Source: an uncultured delta proteobacterium (lineage in GTDB: Bacteria; Myxococcota; B64-G9). Taken from it: a DNA stretch of 64,000 bases. Under the pieces are notes generated by a model. The model saw nothing but the letters and a program-made list of their open reading frames with translations. It ran no database searches and was not told the DNA's origin. Location: assembly GCA_963754925.1 (NCBI GenBank), contig CAVWHX010000004.1, forward strand, positions 1,428,422 to 1,492,421. The letters are read 5' to 3'. A program made the translations under genes and the position numbers. Positions 9,787-19,652 of the stretch are shown here, one piece after another (the first letter of the stretch is position 1; every line of letters starts with the position of its first letter).

Positions 9787-10473
9787 ATGTCAAAAATAAA
9801 TAAAACATCCGAGGAGAAAACGACTCAAACAGTCAAGCGCGCCTCCTGCGGTTTTAGAAATCGAGTGAAGGCTATGCCTGGTGTACGGGCATATTTTTCG
9901 GCCCAAGCGGCGCCAGCCAAGCCGCAGGCCGCCAAGCCGAAAATCGCTACGGCGTCGCTGGCTGGTTGCTTCGGCTGCCATATGTCGCTGCTTGATATTG
10001 ACGATCGAATTCTAAAAGTGATCGAGTTGGTCGACTTTGACAAGTCCCCGGTTGATGACATCAAGAAGTTCTCGAGCCACTGCTTGGTTGGTTTGATCGA
10101 AGGCGGCTGCTGCAATGAAGAAAACGTTAAGGTGCTGCAGGACTTCCGTAAGAACTGCGATGTGTTAGTTGCCGTGGGCGATTGCGCCATCATGGGCGGG
10201 ATTCCGGCGCTGCGCAACGGTATTCCTCTCAAAGAATGCATGCGCGAAGCATACTTGAACGGCCCAACGGTGTATAACGAAAGCGGTCGGATACCCAACG
10301 ATCCCGAGTTGCCGTTGATTCTTGATCAGGTTTATCCGCTTCACGAGATAGTCAAGATCGATGTTTTCCTTCCGGGTTGCCCGCCTTCGGCTGATACTAT
10401 TTGGGAGGCGTTGCTTGCGCTGTTGAACAATAAGCCGCTGCAGCTGCCCTACAATTTACTCAAATACGACTAA
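9787..10473 (+). CDS. hoxY: [NiFe] hydrogenase small subunit (group 3d type)
   Basis: GCFGCHMSLLD, VGDCA, PGCPP. Confidence 0.92.
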   Translation: MSKINKTSEEKTTQTVKRASCGFRNRVKAMPGVRAYFSAQAAPAKPQAAKPKIATASLAGCFGCHMSLLDIDDRILKVIELVDFDKSPVDDIKKFSSHCLVGLIEGGCCNEENVKVLQDFRKNCDVLVAVGDCAIMGGIPALRNGIPLKECMREAYLNGPTVYNESGRIPNDPELPLILDQVYPLHEIVKIDVFLPGCPPSADTIWEALLALLNNKPLQLPYNLLKYD

Positions 10474-10497
10474 CGCATCCTTACGCAGGAGTATGAC

Positions 10498-11949
10498 GTG
10501 AGCACAATTAATACCGAACTGAAGAGAGTAGTAATCGAGCCGGTTACTCGAGTGGAGGGCCACGGTAAGGTGACGCTCCTCTTGGACGATGAGAACCATG
10601 TCCAGCAGGCGCGCTTCCATGTCGTTGAATTCCGTGGTTTTGAGCGTTTTGCGCAGGGCCGTCCCTACTGGGAAATGCCGGTGTTGGTGGAACGGCTGTG
10701 CGGTATCTGTCCGGTCAGCCATCATTTGGCTTCGGCCAAAGCGGTGGATATCATTGCGGGCGCGCCACAACTGACCCCGACCGCCGAGAAAATGCGACGG
10801 CTCATGCATTACGGCCAATTCTACCAATCGCACGCTTTGCACTTTTTCCATCTGGTGTCGCCTGATTTGTTGCTGGGATTTGATGCCGACCCAAAGATTC
10901 GCAATGTGATTGGCGTGGCGCTGAAATATCCGGAACTTGCGGTGCAGGGTGTGATGATGCGCAAATGGGGGCAGGAGATTATCAAGGCGACGGCCGGCAA
11001 GAAGATCCACGGCACGGGCGCGATACCGGGCGGCATCAACAAGAACCTTTCCATCGAGGAGCGCGACTTCCTGCTCAAGGACATGGATCAGATGATGAAA
11101 TGGGCGGTTTCTGCCCTGGAGCTTTGTAAGAAGTACACCAAAGAGCATCTCAAAGAGCTCGCGGATTTCGGCTCCTTCCCATCCAACCATCTCAGCTTAG
11201 TACGCAAGGATGGCGCGCTCGATATATACGATGGCAACCTGCGGGCGATTGACGCCAATGGTAATAAGATTTTCGATCAGGTGCCCCCCAAAGACTATCT
11301 CAACTTCATTCATGAAGAAGTCCGCAACTGGTCGTACATGAAGTTTCCCTTCATCCGTTCGGTTGGACCAAAAGATGGTTGGTATCGGGTTGGGCCGCTG
11401 GCGCGCATTAACACCTGCGACTTTATCGATACCCCGCTCGCCGAGAAAGAGCGTCAGGAGTTCAAGGCTCTCAGCAACGGCAAACCGAACAACATCACCA
11501 TGGCGTATCACTGGGCGCGGTTGATAGAACTGCTTCATGCGGCCGAGAAGATACAGCAGCTGCTCAACGACCGAGATCTCCAAGGCACCGACTTGGTCGC
11601 AAAAGGCGAGCGCCAGTCCGAAGGCGTGGGAATCGTCGAGGCGCCGCGCGGGACCCTCTTCCATCACTATCGAGTCAACGCCAACGACCAGATAGAGATG
11701 GCTAACTTAATTGTTTCGACTACCAACAACAACGAGCCGATGAACCGAGCGGTGCAGAAGGTCGCAGAACAATACCTGAGCGGCAAGAAATTGACCGAGG
11801 GATTGCTCAACCGGATCGAGATTGCCATTCGAGCCTATGACCCTTGTCTCTCATGCGCTACCCATGCGCTTGGGCAAATGCCGCTCGAGGTGAAGTTATT
11901 AGATCACCAGGGTCGGTTGGTCGATCGGAAGGTTCGGGACAGCCATTGA
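10498..11949 (+). CDS. hoxH: [NiFe] hydrogenase large subunit
   Basis: RVEGHG, L1 RLCGICPVSH, L2 YDPCLSCATH followed by a cleavable C-terminal tail. Confidence 0.95.
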   Translation: MSTINTELKRVVIEPVTRVEGHGKVTLLLDDENHVQQARFHVVEFRGFERFAQGRPYWEMPVLVERLCGICPVSHHLASAKAVDIIAGAPQLTPTAEKMRRLMHYGQFYQSHALHFFHLVSPDLLLGFDADPKIRNVIGVALKYPELAVQGVMMRKWGQEIIKATAGKKIHGTGAIPGGINKNLSIEERDFLLKDMDQMMKWAVSALELCKKYTKEHLKELADFGSFPSNHLSLVRKDGALDIYDGNLRAIDANGNKIFDQVPPKDYLNFIHEEVRNWSYMKFPFIRSVGPKDGWYRVGPLARINTCDFIDTPLAEKERQEFKALSNGKPNNITMAYHWARLIELLHAAEKIQQLLNDRDLQGTDLVAKGERQSEGVGIVEAPRGTLFHHYRVNANDQIEMANLIVSTTNNNEPMNRAVQKVAEQYLSGKKLTEGLLNRIEIAIRAYDPCLSCATHALGQMPLEVKLLDHQGRLVDRKVRDSH

Positions 11950-11957
11950 GGTGGTCG

Positions 11958-12482
11958 ATGATGGCCGAAGCGTGCGACACGCGAGTACTGGTGTTATGTT
12001 ATGGCAACCCCGGCCGGGGTGATGATGGCCTCGGACCATTGGTTGCGGAAGCCATCGAACGTCTCGATATTCCCGGCGTAAGCGTTGATTGCGACTACCA
12101 ATTGACCGTGGAAGATTCGGTGGCGGCTTCCGAGCATGACGTGGTGATCTTTGTCGACGCCGACGCTTCAGGAGCCGAACCATTTTCGTTTTACCCGATC
12201 GCCCCGCGTCCGATGCAGAGCTTCTCCAGCCACAGCTTGGTGCCAGAGGATGTACTGGGGCTGGTTGAACAGATATTCAGCCGGCGACCGGAAGGATATG
12301 TGTTGGGGATCCGCGGGTACCAATTTGCGCCGTTTACCGAAAACGTTACCAATCAAGCTGCGCATAACTTGCGGTTAGGGCTTCGCTTTCTTGAAACGAC
12401 CCTAAGAACCCGCAACTTTCGATTGATAGAGACTAATGTGCCAGGCGAGAATTTCCGAGACCAACGCCAAAGCTTATCTTGA
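11958..12482 (+). CDS. hoxW: Hydrogenase maturation protease
   Basis: YGNPGRGDDGLGP, VIFVDA, FSSH motifs; follows hoxH. Confidence 0.88.
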   Translation: MMAEACDTRVLVLCYGNPGRGDDGLGPLVAEAIERLDIPGVSVDCDYQLTVEDSVAASEHDVVIFVDADASGAEPFSFYPIAPRPMQSFSSHSLVPEDVLGLVEQIFSRRPEGYVLGIRGYQFAPFTENVTNQAAHNLRLGLRFLETTLRTRNFRLIETNVPGENFRDQRQSLS

Positions 12483-12492
12483 GAGGGTTGAA

Positions 12493-12870
12493 ATGAAAAA
12501 CCAGCAATTTGTTATTCTCTGTGTTGATGACGACGATGACATCCTCGACCAAATGAAAACCGTACTCGAGGCCAATGGCTACATCATGGTTGGAGCCGGC
12601 AGCGCCGAGGCGGGTCTGAAGAAGTACAAGGAGAGCAATCCCGATCTGGTGATCATCGACCTCATGATGGAAGAGGTCGATGCGGGCACCTCCTTGGTTA
12701 CCGAGCTCAAGGCGCTCGGCAACAAGGCGCCGATATTCATGCTCAGCGCCGTGGGAGATCAACTTACCCGCAATATCTCTCCGACCGATCTCGGATTGTC
12801 CGGCGTGTTTCAAAAACCGATCGAGTTCAAATCTCTCCTGGCTACGTTGAAGACCAAACTGAAGGCGTAA
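12493..12870 (+). CDS. Single-domain response regulator
   Basis: ILCVDDD, PDLVIIDLMM, KP receiver motifs. Confidence 0.88.
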   Translation: MKNQQFVILCVDDDDDILDQMKTVLEANGYIMVGAGSAEAGLKKYKESNPDLVIIDLMMEEVDAGTSLVTELKALGNKAPIFMLSAVGDQLTRNISPTDLGLSGVFQKPIEFKSLLATLKTKLKA

Positions 12871-12938
12871 CGCTATACCGAGCGCGATACCTTCGCATGC
12901 CGGTGTCGTTTCCTCGCTTCACCCCACCTAACCTCCGT

Positions 12939-13923
12939 TTATTTGTTGGCTTCGCAATTGCCAAAAATTTCGCAGCCTCCGCCGCCGCTGCCGGCGGTGT
13001 GCCATTGGATGGTGACGTGCTGGATTCCAAAATCTGTTTGTAGTTTGTTACGGAGTTCGGTAGCGCTGGCCTCGAGTTCGGCAACAGTTTGGCAGGTGGT
13101 TGCCAGATCAGCGGTCAGAATGGTGAGGCCGGCGTCAATTTCCCAAACATGCAGGTCCAACGTGGATTGAACGATTGGCGAGGCACAGAGCGCTTGACGT
13201 AGGCGCGTCAAATCGATATGCGCCGGGGCGCTTTGCAAGAGGACCTTGGCCGAGTCGCGAAGCAGAGGCCAGGTTCCCAGCATGATAAGAACGGCGATCA
13301 GAAGCGATACGACCGCATCAATGGGCAGCCAACCGGTGGTAATGAGCACCACGGCAGCGACAATCGCCCCGAGCGATGCCGAGTGCATCGGCCAGCAGGT
13401 GCAGCGCCACACCGCGCGCGTTAATGCTATGGTTGCTGGCAGCGTGCAGTCGCCAGGCCGAAAGGACGTTTACAAACAGTCCGGCGAACCCGGTGATAAG
13501 AACCAATATGCCTTGCACTTCTGGCGGGTTGCGTAACCGGCTGACGGCTTCCCAGACAATCACCACGACGATCAAGAGCAAACCGATGGCATTACTAAAG
13601 GCGCCGAGCACCGGGAGGCGCTTGAGCCCAAAGGTATACGAGCCGCCGGGCTGGCCGCGGGCAAGTCGCTCGCTAAAAAGCCCGATGGCGAGCGCGGCGA
13701 CATCAAAAAACATATGCCCGGCATCGGAGAGCAAGGCAAGCGAATCGGCCAGCAGCCCGATTACTACCTCCACTGCTAGGAAGGCAAGGTTGAGCCAGAG
13801 TGCGAACCACAATGCCCGCTCGAGCTTTTCTGAAGCCGGGTGCGCGGGCAACCCCCGTGTGTGAGCGTGCTCGTCGATGGGTTCTTTTTCGTGAGCGTGA
13901 TTGTTTACATTCGTACTCATCAT
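12939..13923 (-). CDS. Cation diffusion facilitator (CzcD/ZitB-like) exporter (frameshift near 13380)
   Basis: His-containing N-terminus, SLALLSDAGHM, HLLADALG, DLHVW, HVTIQ. Confidence 0.88.
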
Positions 13924-13997
13924 CAGTCTATCATACCTTGTTCATGAGCGGCCGTATATAGTATAGTGTCAAAAAGTGGTTGGGAGGAGGTGCGTTC

Positions 13998-14555
13998 GTG
14001 AGTATTTTCGAAATATTTTTACTATCGCTGGCGTTGGCTGCCGATGCGCTGTCGGTCGGAGCGGCGGTTGGATTAAGGTATTGTGCCCCGCGCCAGATCT
14101 TTCGCTTGTCGTTTCATTTTGGCCTGTTTCAGAGTCTGATGCCGTTAGTGGGTGCTTTGCTCGGGCGTCTGGTACTCGGGTACATACGACCGTACGACCA
14201 TTGGATAGCCTTTGGGTTGCTCAGCGCGATTGGTGTTAAAATGCTGATCTCGGCCTTGCGTGGTGCATCGGCGAAGGCCGCATGCCAAGAGGCTGATCCC
14301 ACCACGGGGTGGACGCTTATAGGGCTTTCGATCGCGGTCAGCATTGACGCTTTCGCCGCCGGCGTGGGTATGGCGTTGACCATGAGCGTCACATCCTTAC
14401 TCGTCGCCATGACGGTCATCGGGATCGTCTGCGGGTTTGCCACCTGGTTCGGCATGCGTGCCGGAAAAGTCCTCCATTCCTGGGTCGGCGGCCGCATCGA
14501 GGCATTCGGTGGATTGGTGCTCATTGCAATCGGCATTAACATGATACGTGCGTGA
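13998..14555 (+). CDS. mntP: Manganese efflux pump MntP family
   Basis: LALAADA, FGLFQSLMPLVG, DHWIAF, AVSIDA; GGAGGAGG RBS before GTG. Confidence 0.9.
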   Translation: MSIFEIFLLSLALAADALSVGAAVGLRYCAPRQIFRLSFHFGLFQSLMPLVGALLGRLVLGYIRPYDHWIAFGLLSAIGVKMLISALRGASAKAACQEADPTTGWTLIGLSIAVSIDAFAAGVGMALTMSVTSLLVAMTVIGIVCGFATWFGMRAGKVLHSWVGGRIEAFGGLVLIAIGINMIRA

Positions 14556-14674
14556 TCGCCACAATGTTTGACACAAACTAGTTCCTTCGATATTTTTATG
14601 TTGATACGTTCCTCACCCTTAGCGACCACGCCGTATTCTGGGTGACAGGGTGGTCTCCGTTGTCGAGGACTGTC

Positions 14675-16667
14675 ATGGCCGAACCCACCGAAATCCAACA
14701 GTTGCAAAATCGTATCGCTGAACTCGAGCGGCACCTCGTCGAAGAACGTGAGGAATTCCAGTGGGACCTCAAGACTCGGTGTGAAGCATACGAGAGAAAT
14801 ATTCGCAGGCTGGAGGATGAAAACACCCAGCTCAAACAGGTCGCGACGGCAAGCCCGGCGGAATCGGCCGAGCTGCACCGCCTGCGCGATGATGTCGGGC
14901 AATACACCCATCGGGCGCTGAAAGCCGAGCGGCGAGTGGCAGAACTTCAAGAAGAGATCAAACGTCTCTCGATTCCCGTTGCGCCCCCGTTGCCCCGTCA
15001 GGATCCGGTCCTGCGCGCTCGGGCCGAGGAGGCCGAGCATGAGCGCGATCGGGCGCGTCAGGCGCTGGTCAAGTATGAGAACGAACTTAAGCAGCTCCGT
15101 GAAGAACTCACGCGGCAGGCACAGCAAGGAAGGGAGACAGCGCGTATCCAAGAAGAATTGGAGCAACAGAAAAAGCTAATCTCACAACTGCGCCGTGAGG
15201 GAAATGAGAAGGATCAAAAGCTGCTGGAACTGAGCGATCGGCTGGAAGCGTCGGCAACCCTCGAGTCGCAGTACAATGCCCTGCGCCGCGAGGTTGAGCA
15301 AGCGCGCGCCCGCAACCTGCAATTGGAACAGATTTTGGTGGAACGAGAGGAGTCAGAACCACTGGAGAGCGGGAGCGAATACCAAGGTGTTTTGGAAGTC
15401 ACTCAACCGGTGGTATTTTCTAAAACAGCAGGACCTACCGACGAGACGGTCGTTGCGGGTGTGGCAGAAGCTACCAGCGGAGATGAACTCCTGCCGGTGA
15501 TTTCTCCTGACGAGCTGTATCCCGATGAGGCCAGTTCGCTGCCCCCGGCAACCCAACCGGATCAAGCCCCGGCAGAATCTCTCGCGCCGGCGGCGGAGCC
15601 AGCGGCTGAGGAGATAGCGATTGTCCGATCCGAGCCACCGGTGGTAATTCCTGAAGCCGCCGCGCCGAAACCAGACTCCCCGGGGTTGGATGGAATAGCG
15701 GAGGCCTGGTTGGTCAGCGATGAACCACGTCCGAGCATGAAGTCGAACGATCAGCCGAAGTCGGATGCGAGTGGTCAGGTCGGGGAACGGCCTCCCCCAC
15801 CTCTCCCGTCACAACCGGTTGCACGACAGGCGCTGAAGAAACCTGAGCCCCTTGAGCTGCCGCGACGTCGTACCAAAGTCGGGATTTTTGTTATTCTTGC
15901 CGTCGTGGGAGTTCTACTCGGCGCGGGCATATTCGGTATGGCCTATTTCTACCCGAATTGGTTTGAGCTCGATGATTGGATCGCGAACGTGAGCTCATGG
16001 ATTTCAGTCTTGAAGTCGAAATCCATCGAAAGCACGCCGGGTAGTGAAACTGATGCTTCGCATGCCAAAAATGGGGTGACTGATGGAGATGGTGCGTCGG
16101 TGAATAATGCAGAGGTTCCCCGTGAGAAGCCCGCCACGAGTGCACCGGCAGCAACCCCGGTACCCGATAGCGAAAACACCGCAACCGGCGCGGAACCGGT
16201 GAAACCACCCGCCGGTGAAGCTATGCCGGGTAAAACGGCCACACCGGAAACCGATGGTGGTGGCTCGGGGGCTACCGATTCTCCATCCGTGCAAAAAAAG
16301 CCGTCTGCAGAGCAAGTTGAGGCTCGCGAGGGGGGGTTTATCTTGGTTAATAATAAAGCCTGGACTAAGGCCGAGAAACAAATCGGCCAGGCCCTTCAAA
16401 CGTTTCCCTGATGATTCTATTTTGCACTATCTCTATGGGCGCGTTCTGGCCAACAAGAGAGAGATGTCGAAAGCTATTGACGAATTAGAACAAGCGGTTG
16501 TGCTCGACTCCACGATGGCCGACGCTTACTGGGAGTTGGGGAAAATATACCTTAACGTGCGGAAGAAGGACAAAGCAAAGGCGGCATTAGAGTCCTTTTT
16601 GCATTTAGCCCCAAACGATACGCAACGCACTCCCCAGGCTCAAGCACTCCTTAAAAAGCTTCAATAA
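14675..16667 (+). CDS. Coiled-coil / Pro-rich / single-TM / C-terminal TPR protein (frameshift near 16400)
   Basis: N-terminal E/Q/R/L heptad region, acidic Pro-rich linker, TM (VGIFVILAVVGVLLGAGIFGMAYF), TPR helices continuing in the 16215..16667 frame. Confidence 0.75.
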
Positions 16668-16671
16668 ACAC

Positions 16672-16690
16672 CAAACCGCAGGGCGGTTTG
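16672..16690. terminator. Putative terminator hairpin
   Basis: CAAACCGC-AGG-GCGGTTTG just after the stop at 16667; weak U-tract. Confidence 0.4.
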
Positions 16691-16832
16691 CCGCTGTGCG
16701 AGAAATTGACGCCCGATCCTTGGGCATGATATTAATATGCAGTGAAATCCTATCATATCGCAATTACCAATAGGTACGTGGATAGGGCGGGTTTTGCTGA
16801 GAAATAAAATTACAGCAAGAATCGGGGAAGCG

Positions 16833-19055
16833 ATGCATTATCGGAAGATAAGCATCTCAATTGCCGTTTTTCTGACCATCTTCATCACTGCACTACCGAT
16901 TGGTCGCAACGCTCGCGGAGAAGAATCTTCTTCCGCAAACCAGGCACCATCGTCGGTCGAAACAGGGGCACCAGCATCGAATGTGCCTACAGCGCGATCG
17001 GCATCGGATGAAGGTGCCTTGAACGACGAGTTTAAGTTGCTTGAAATCGACTCTCTATTGTCTTTTCCGCAAGTGGAATCGGTATCTCGCCGTACACAAT
17101 CCATAGAGGATTCGCCAGAGTCGATAACGGTACTTACGCAGGAGGAAATTCAACGGTCGGGCGCCCTTAACGTTGCTGAGCTGCTGCGGCGAGTCCCTGG
17201 CGTGTTCGTGCTGCAAACGTTAGCAAATGAGTATTCCGTGGGATTGCGGGGTATTAACCCGCTCGCCAATACCCGCGTTCTGTTCCTGGTTGATGGACGC
17301 CAGGTGGCTACTCAGCAGACGGGGAATGTTCCCTACACCGAGCTTCCCTATCTCGAGGAGATTGAACGCATCGAGGTGGTCCGCGGGCCGGCCTCGGTGG
17401 GATACGGTGCCAACGCGATGAGCGGCGTGGTCAATATAATTCTCAAGAAGCCGCTGGACCATCCGGGGTACGAGATCGACGCCCGGGGACAGCTTGCAGT
17501 CGTTCACCAAAAGAGTGATACGCCCGCCGATAAAACCTTTATCAAGGATCTCTGGATGCAATCGGGTGGTGATGCGTTCATGGCCTATAACTTTGCCAAT
17601 GACAGCAAAACGTTTGGCTTTCGGTTGGGCGCGCAAACAGGGCTAAACCCGGATTGGCCTGCGCCTTCTGGAGCGCCTTCCTCCTCGGGCAGCTACCACT
17701 ACAATTTGTCCGGGGCCTTCGACTACCGCCCAGCTTCGGACTGGTCGATTTATGGCCGTCTCGGGTTTTCCAGCTACCGTCAGGTCGTCACCGTTACTTT
17801 GTCCGCCTGGGCATACGCTGGAAGAGAGGACCATTCTTGGGGCGCCGTAACCATTGAGAAACAGCACTTCCTCGCCAATCCGCTGACGCTGAAGGTAAAC
17901 ATCGATGGCGGGTACGAGGAAAACTTTATCGCAATACCCTTCTTCTTGAGTGGCTATAACTTCGGCGAAAAGATCAATCAAACGATGAAATCCATCGATA
18001 CGCACATCCTCGCCCTTGTGGATCTCACGCTCTTTGAGGGACGCAATGTCTCTTCCGTCGGCGGGGAGGCGACTTATTTGCGGAGCATGGAACTCCCCGT
18101 GGAAGCGCAAACAATATTGGCCGGCCTTCTGGTCAACAACCAAACCAAGCTGCTTGCCGACTCATCCTTGATTATCGACCTGGGTGCGCGATTCGACTAC
18201 ATCTACCTGTCGAAACTGAATACCGCTACCGAGGTCAAGTACCGGCGCATCAGCCCGCGGGCGGCGTTGATCTGGAAATTCGCGGAGAATCAAAGCGTGA
18301 GGTTCGTGGGAGCCTCATCCTATCGAACTCCTACCATGTTCGATCTATTTGCGGAAGTCAAAGGTCAAGTAATCCCCCTCCCCGGTCCCCCTCAGATGGT
18401 GGCGATGGGAAATCCGGTTCTGGTACCCGAAGGCCTCATATCACTCGAGCTCGGGTACCGGGGAAAACTGTTCAACATGGTTATGGTGGACGCCGTTGTC
18501 TTCACCCAGAGAATCGAGGATATCATTAAACAAGAAGACAATTTGAGCTTACCCATTTACTCGGTCAATGCCAATTCATACAATCAGATAGGCACGGAAC
18601 TGGGGCTTAACTTTATTATCTCCAATAAACTCACTCTGTACCTTAATTATACGTTCTTGTATGAATACAATCTCGACACGAAGGCAGTTGACAAAGAATG
18701 GCCGATGCACCTCTACGGGCTTGGGGGAGAATGGCGGTTGCCGGGTCGCAACCGGCTCTGCGCTGATTTATACCTGGTATTCGACTACCGACCCACCTCC
18801 TGGGTTGCGGCACCACAAGAGGGCGTCAATAATAACACCATCATGACCTTGCAAAACAAACAAGCGGCCGACCAGGCACTTCTCAACCTGCGTTTTGGGC
18901 ACTTCTTCTACGAAGATCGCGCCGAGATCTACCTGGTGATCCACAACTTGGCCGGTTTCTTCCGCGGGGAGTCCGGTCTGCGGATGGTCCCGTGGGATTC
19001 GTTTCCCCCCTTGGGCGGTTCGTTTTTAATCGGCATTTCGGTCAAAGGAGGTTGA
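16833..19055 (+). CDS. TonB-dependent receptor
   Basis: Signal peptide, VESVSR, ELLRRVPG, ERIEVVRGPASVGYGANAMSGVVNII, SYRTPT, GNPVLVPE. Confidence 0.9.
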   Translation: MHYRKISISIAVFLTIFITALPIGRNARGEESSSANQAPSSVETGAPASNVPTARSASDEGALNDEFKLLEIDSLLSFPQVESVSRRTQSIEDSPESITVLTQEEIQRSGALNVAELLRRVPGVFVLQTLANEYSVGLRGINPLANTRVLFLVDGRQVATQQTGNVPYTELPYLEEIERIEVVRGPASVGYGANAMSGVVNIILKKPLDHPGYEIDARGQLAVVHQKSDTPADKTFIKDLWMQSGGDAFMAYNFANDSKTFGFRLGAQTGLNPDWPAPSGAPSSSGSYHYNLSGAFDYRPASDWSIYGRLGFSSYRQVVTVTLSAWAYAGREDHSWGAVTIEKQHFLANPLTLKVNIDGGYEENFIAIPFFLSGYNFGEKINQTMKSIDTHILALVDLTLFEGRNVSSVGGEATYLRSMELPVEAQTILAGLLVNNQTKLLADSSLIIDLGARFDYIYLSKLNTATEVKYRRISPRAALIWKFAENQSVRFVGASSYRTPTMFDLFAEVKGQVIPLPGPPQMVAMGNPVLVPEGLISLELGYRGKLFNMVMVDAVVFTQRIEDIIKQEDNLSLPIYSVNANSYNQIGTELGLNFIISNKLTLYLNYTFLYEYNLDTKAVDKEWPMHLYGLGGEWRLPGRNRLCADLYLVFDYRPTSWVAAPQEGVNNNTIMTLQNKQAADQALLNLRFGHFFYEDRAEIYLVIHNLAGFFRGESGLRMVPWDSFPPLGGSFLIGISVKGG

Positions 19056-19058
19056 GCC

Positions 19059-19541
19059 GTGGCTGTATCCGGAAGAGGCTCTCTCACCTGGTCTTATCGG
19101 TGGCTCCCTGCGGTGGTATTAATGTGCGTGCTGCTGGCATGTGGATCCGATCTGCCGCGCGACACTGGTGTTGGAACCATAAGTGGTCGCATATACTACA
19201 GCGGCAAGTATTACAGCGACGGGAAAATAATAGGACTCGGTTCCCCGTGGCTCGTGATCGCTGCTTCTTTTATGCCAATTAACGACCCGAACTACCTGTT
19301 TCAGTCCACGCTCATGGTGCCCTGCAGCGAGTTCCTAGAAACAGGTTTTACCTACGAATTGAAGGGCCTGTACCCTAGTGACTATTACGTTTACGGGGAG
19401 ATTGCTGACTTTGCGAGCGAAACCTGGTTGACCGCCCTCAGCTTTGGGGGTTATAAGTCCTTGTTGGACTTGGAGAAGGTGGAAGTTACGAGCACGGCTG
19501 CTGTGGTCGACATTGATTTTACCTTGTTAGACGTTCAATAA
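19059..19541 (+). CDS. Hypothetical lipoprotein
   Basis: Lipobox LLA-C; starts 3 nt after the TBDR stop; beta-rich sequence. Confidence 0.75.
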   Translation: MAVSGRGSLTWSYRWLPAVVLMCVLLACGSDLPRDTGVGTISGRIYYSGKYYSDGKIIGLGSPWLVIAASFMPINDPNYLFQSTLMVPCSEFLETGFTYELKGLYPSDYYVYGEIADFASETWLTALSFGGYKSLLDLEKVEVTSTAAVVDIDFTLLDVQ

Positions 19542-19652
19542 TCGTTATCAGCTATTACATCAAAGATAGTTGTTCTCATAAAGATTGTAGTGCTCTTGCA
19601 ATTCGCGAAAAAGAGTGTATCATGCACATTCGCTGCTACAGGGCGGGAGTGC

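Noticed and set aside
13924..13997. yybP-ykoY Mn riboswitch before mntP
   Set aside because: Intergenic region is only ~75 nt, shared with the divergent CDF promoter, and shows no such structure.
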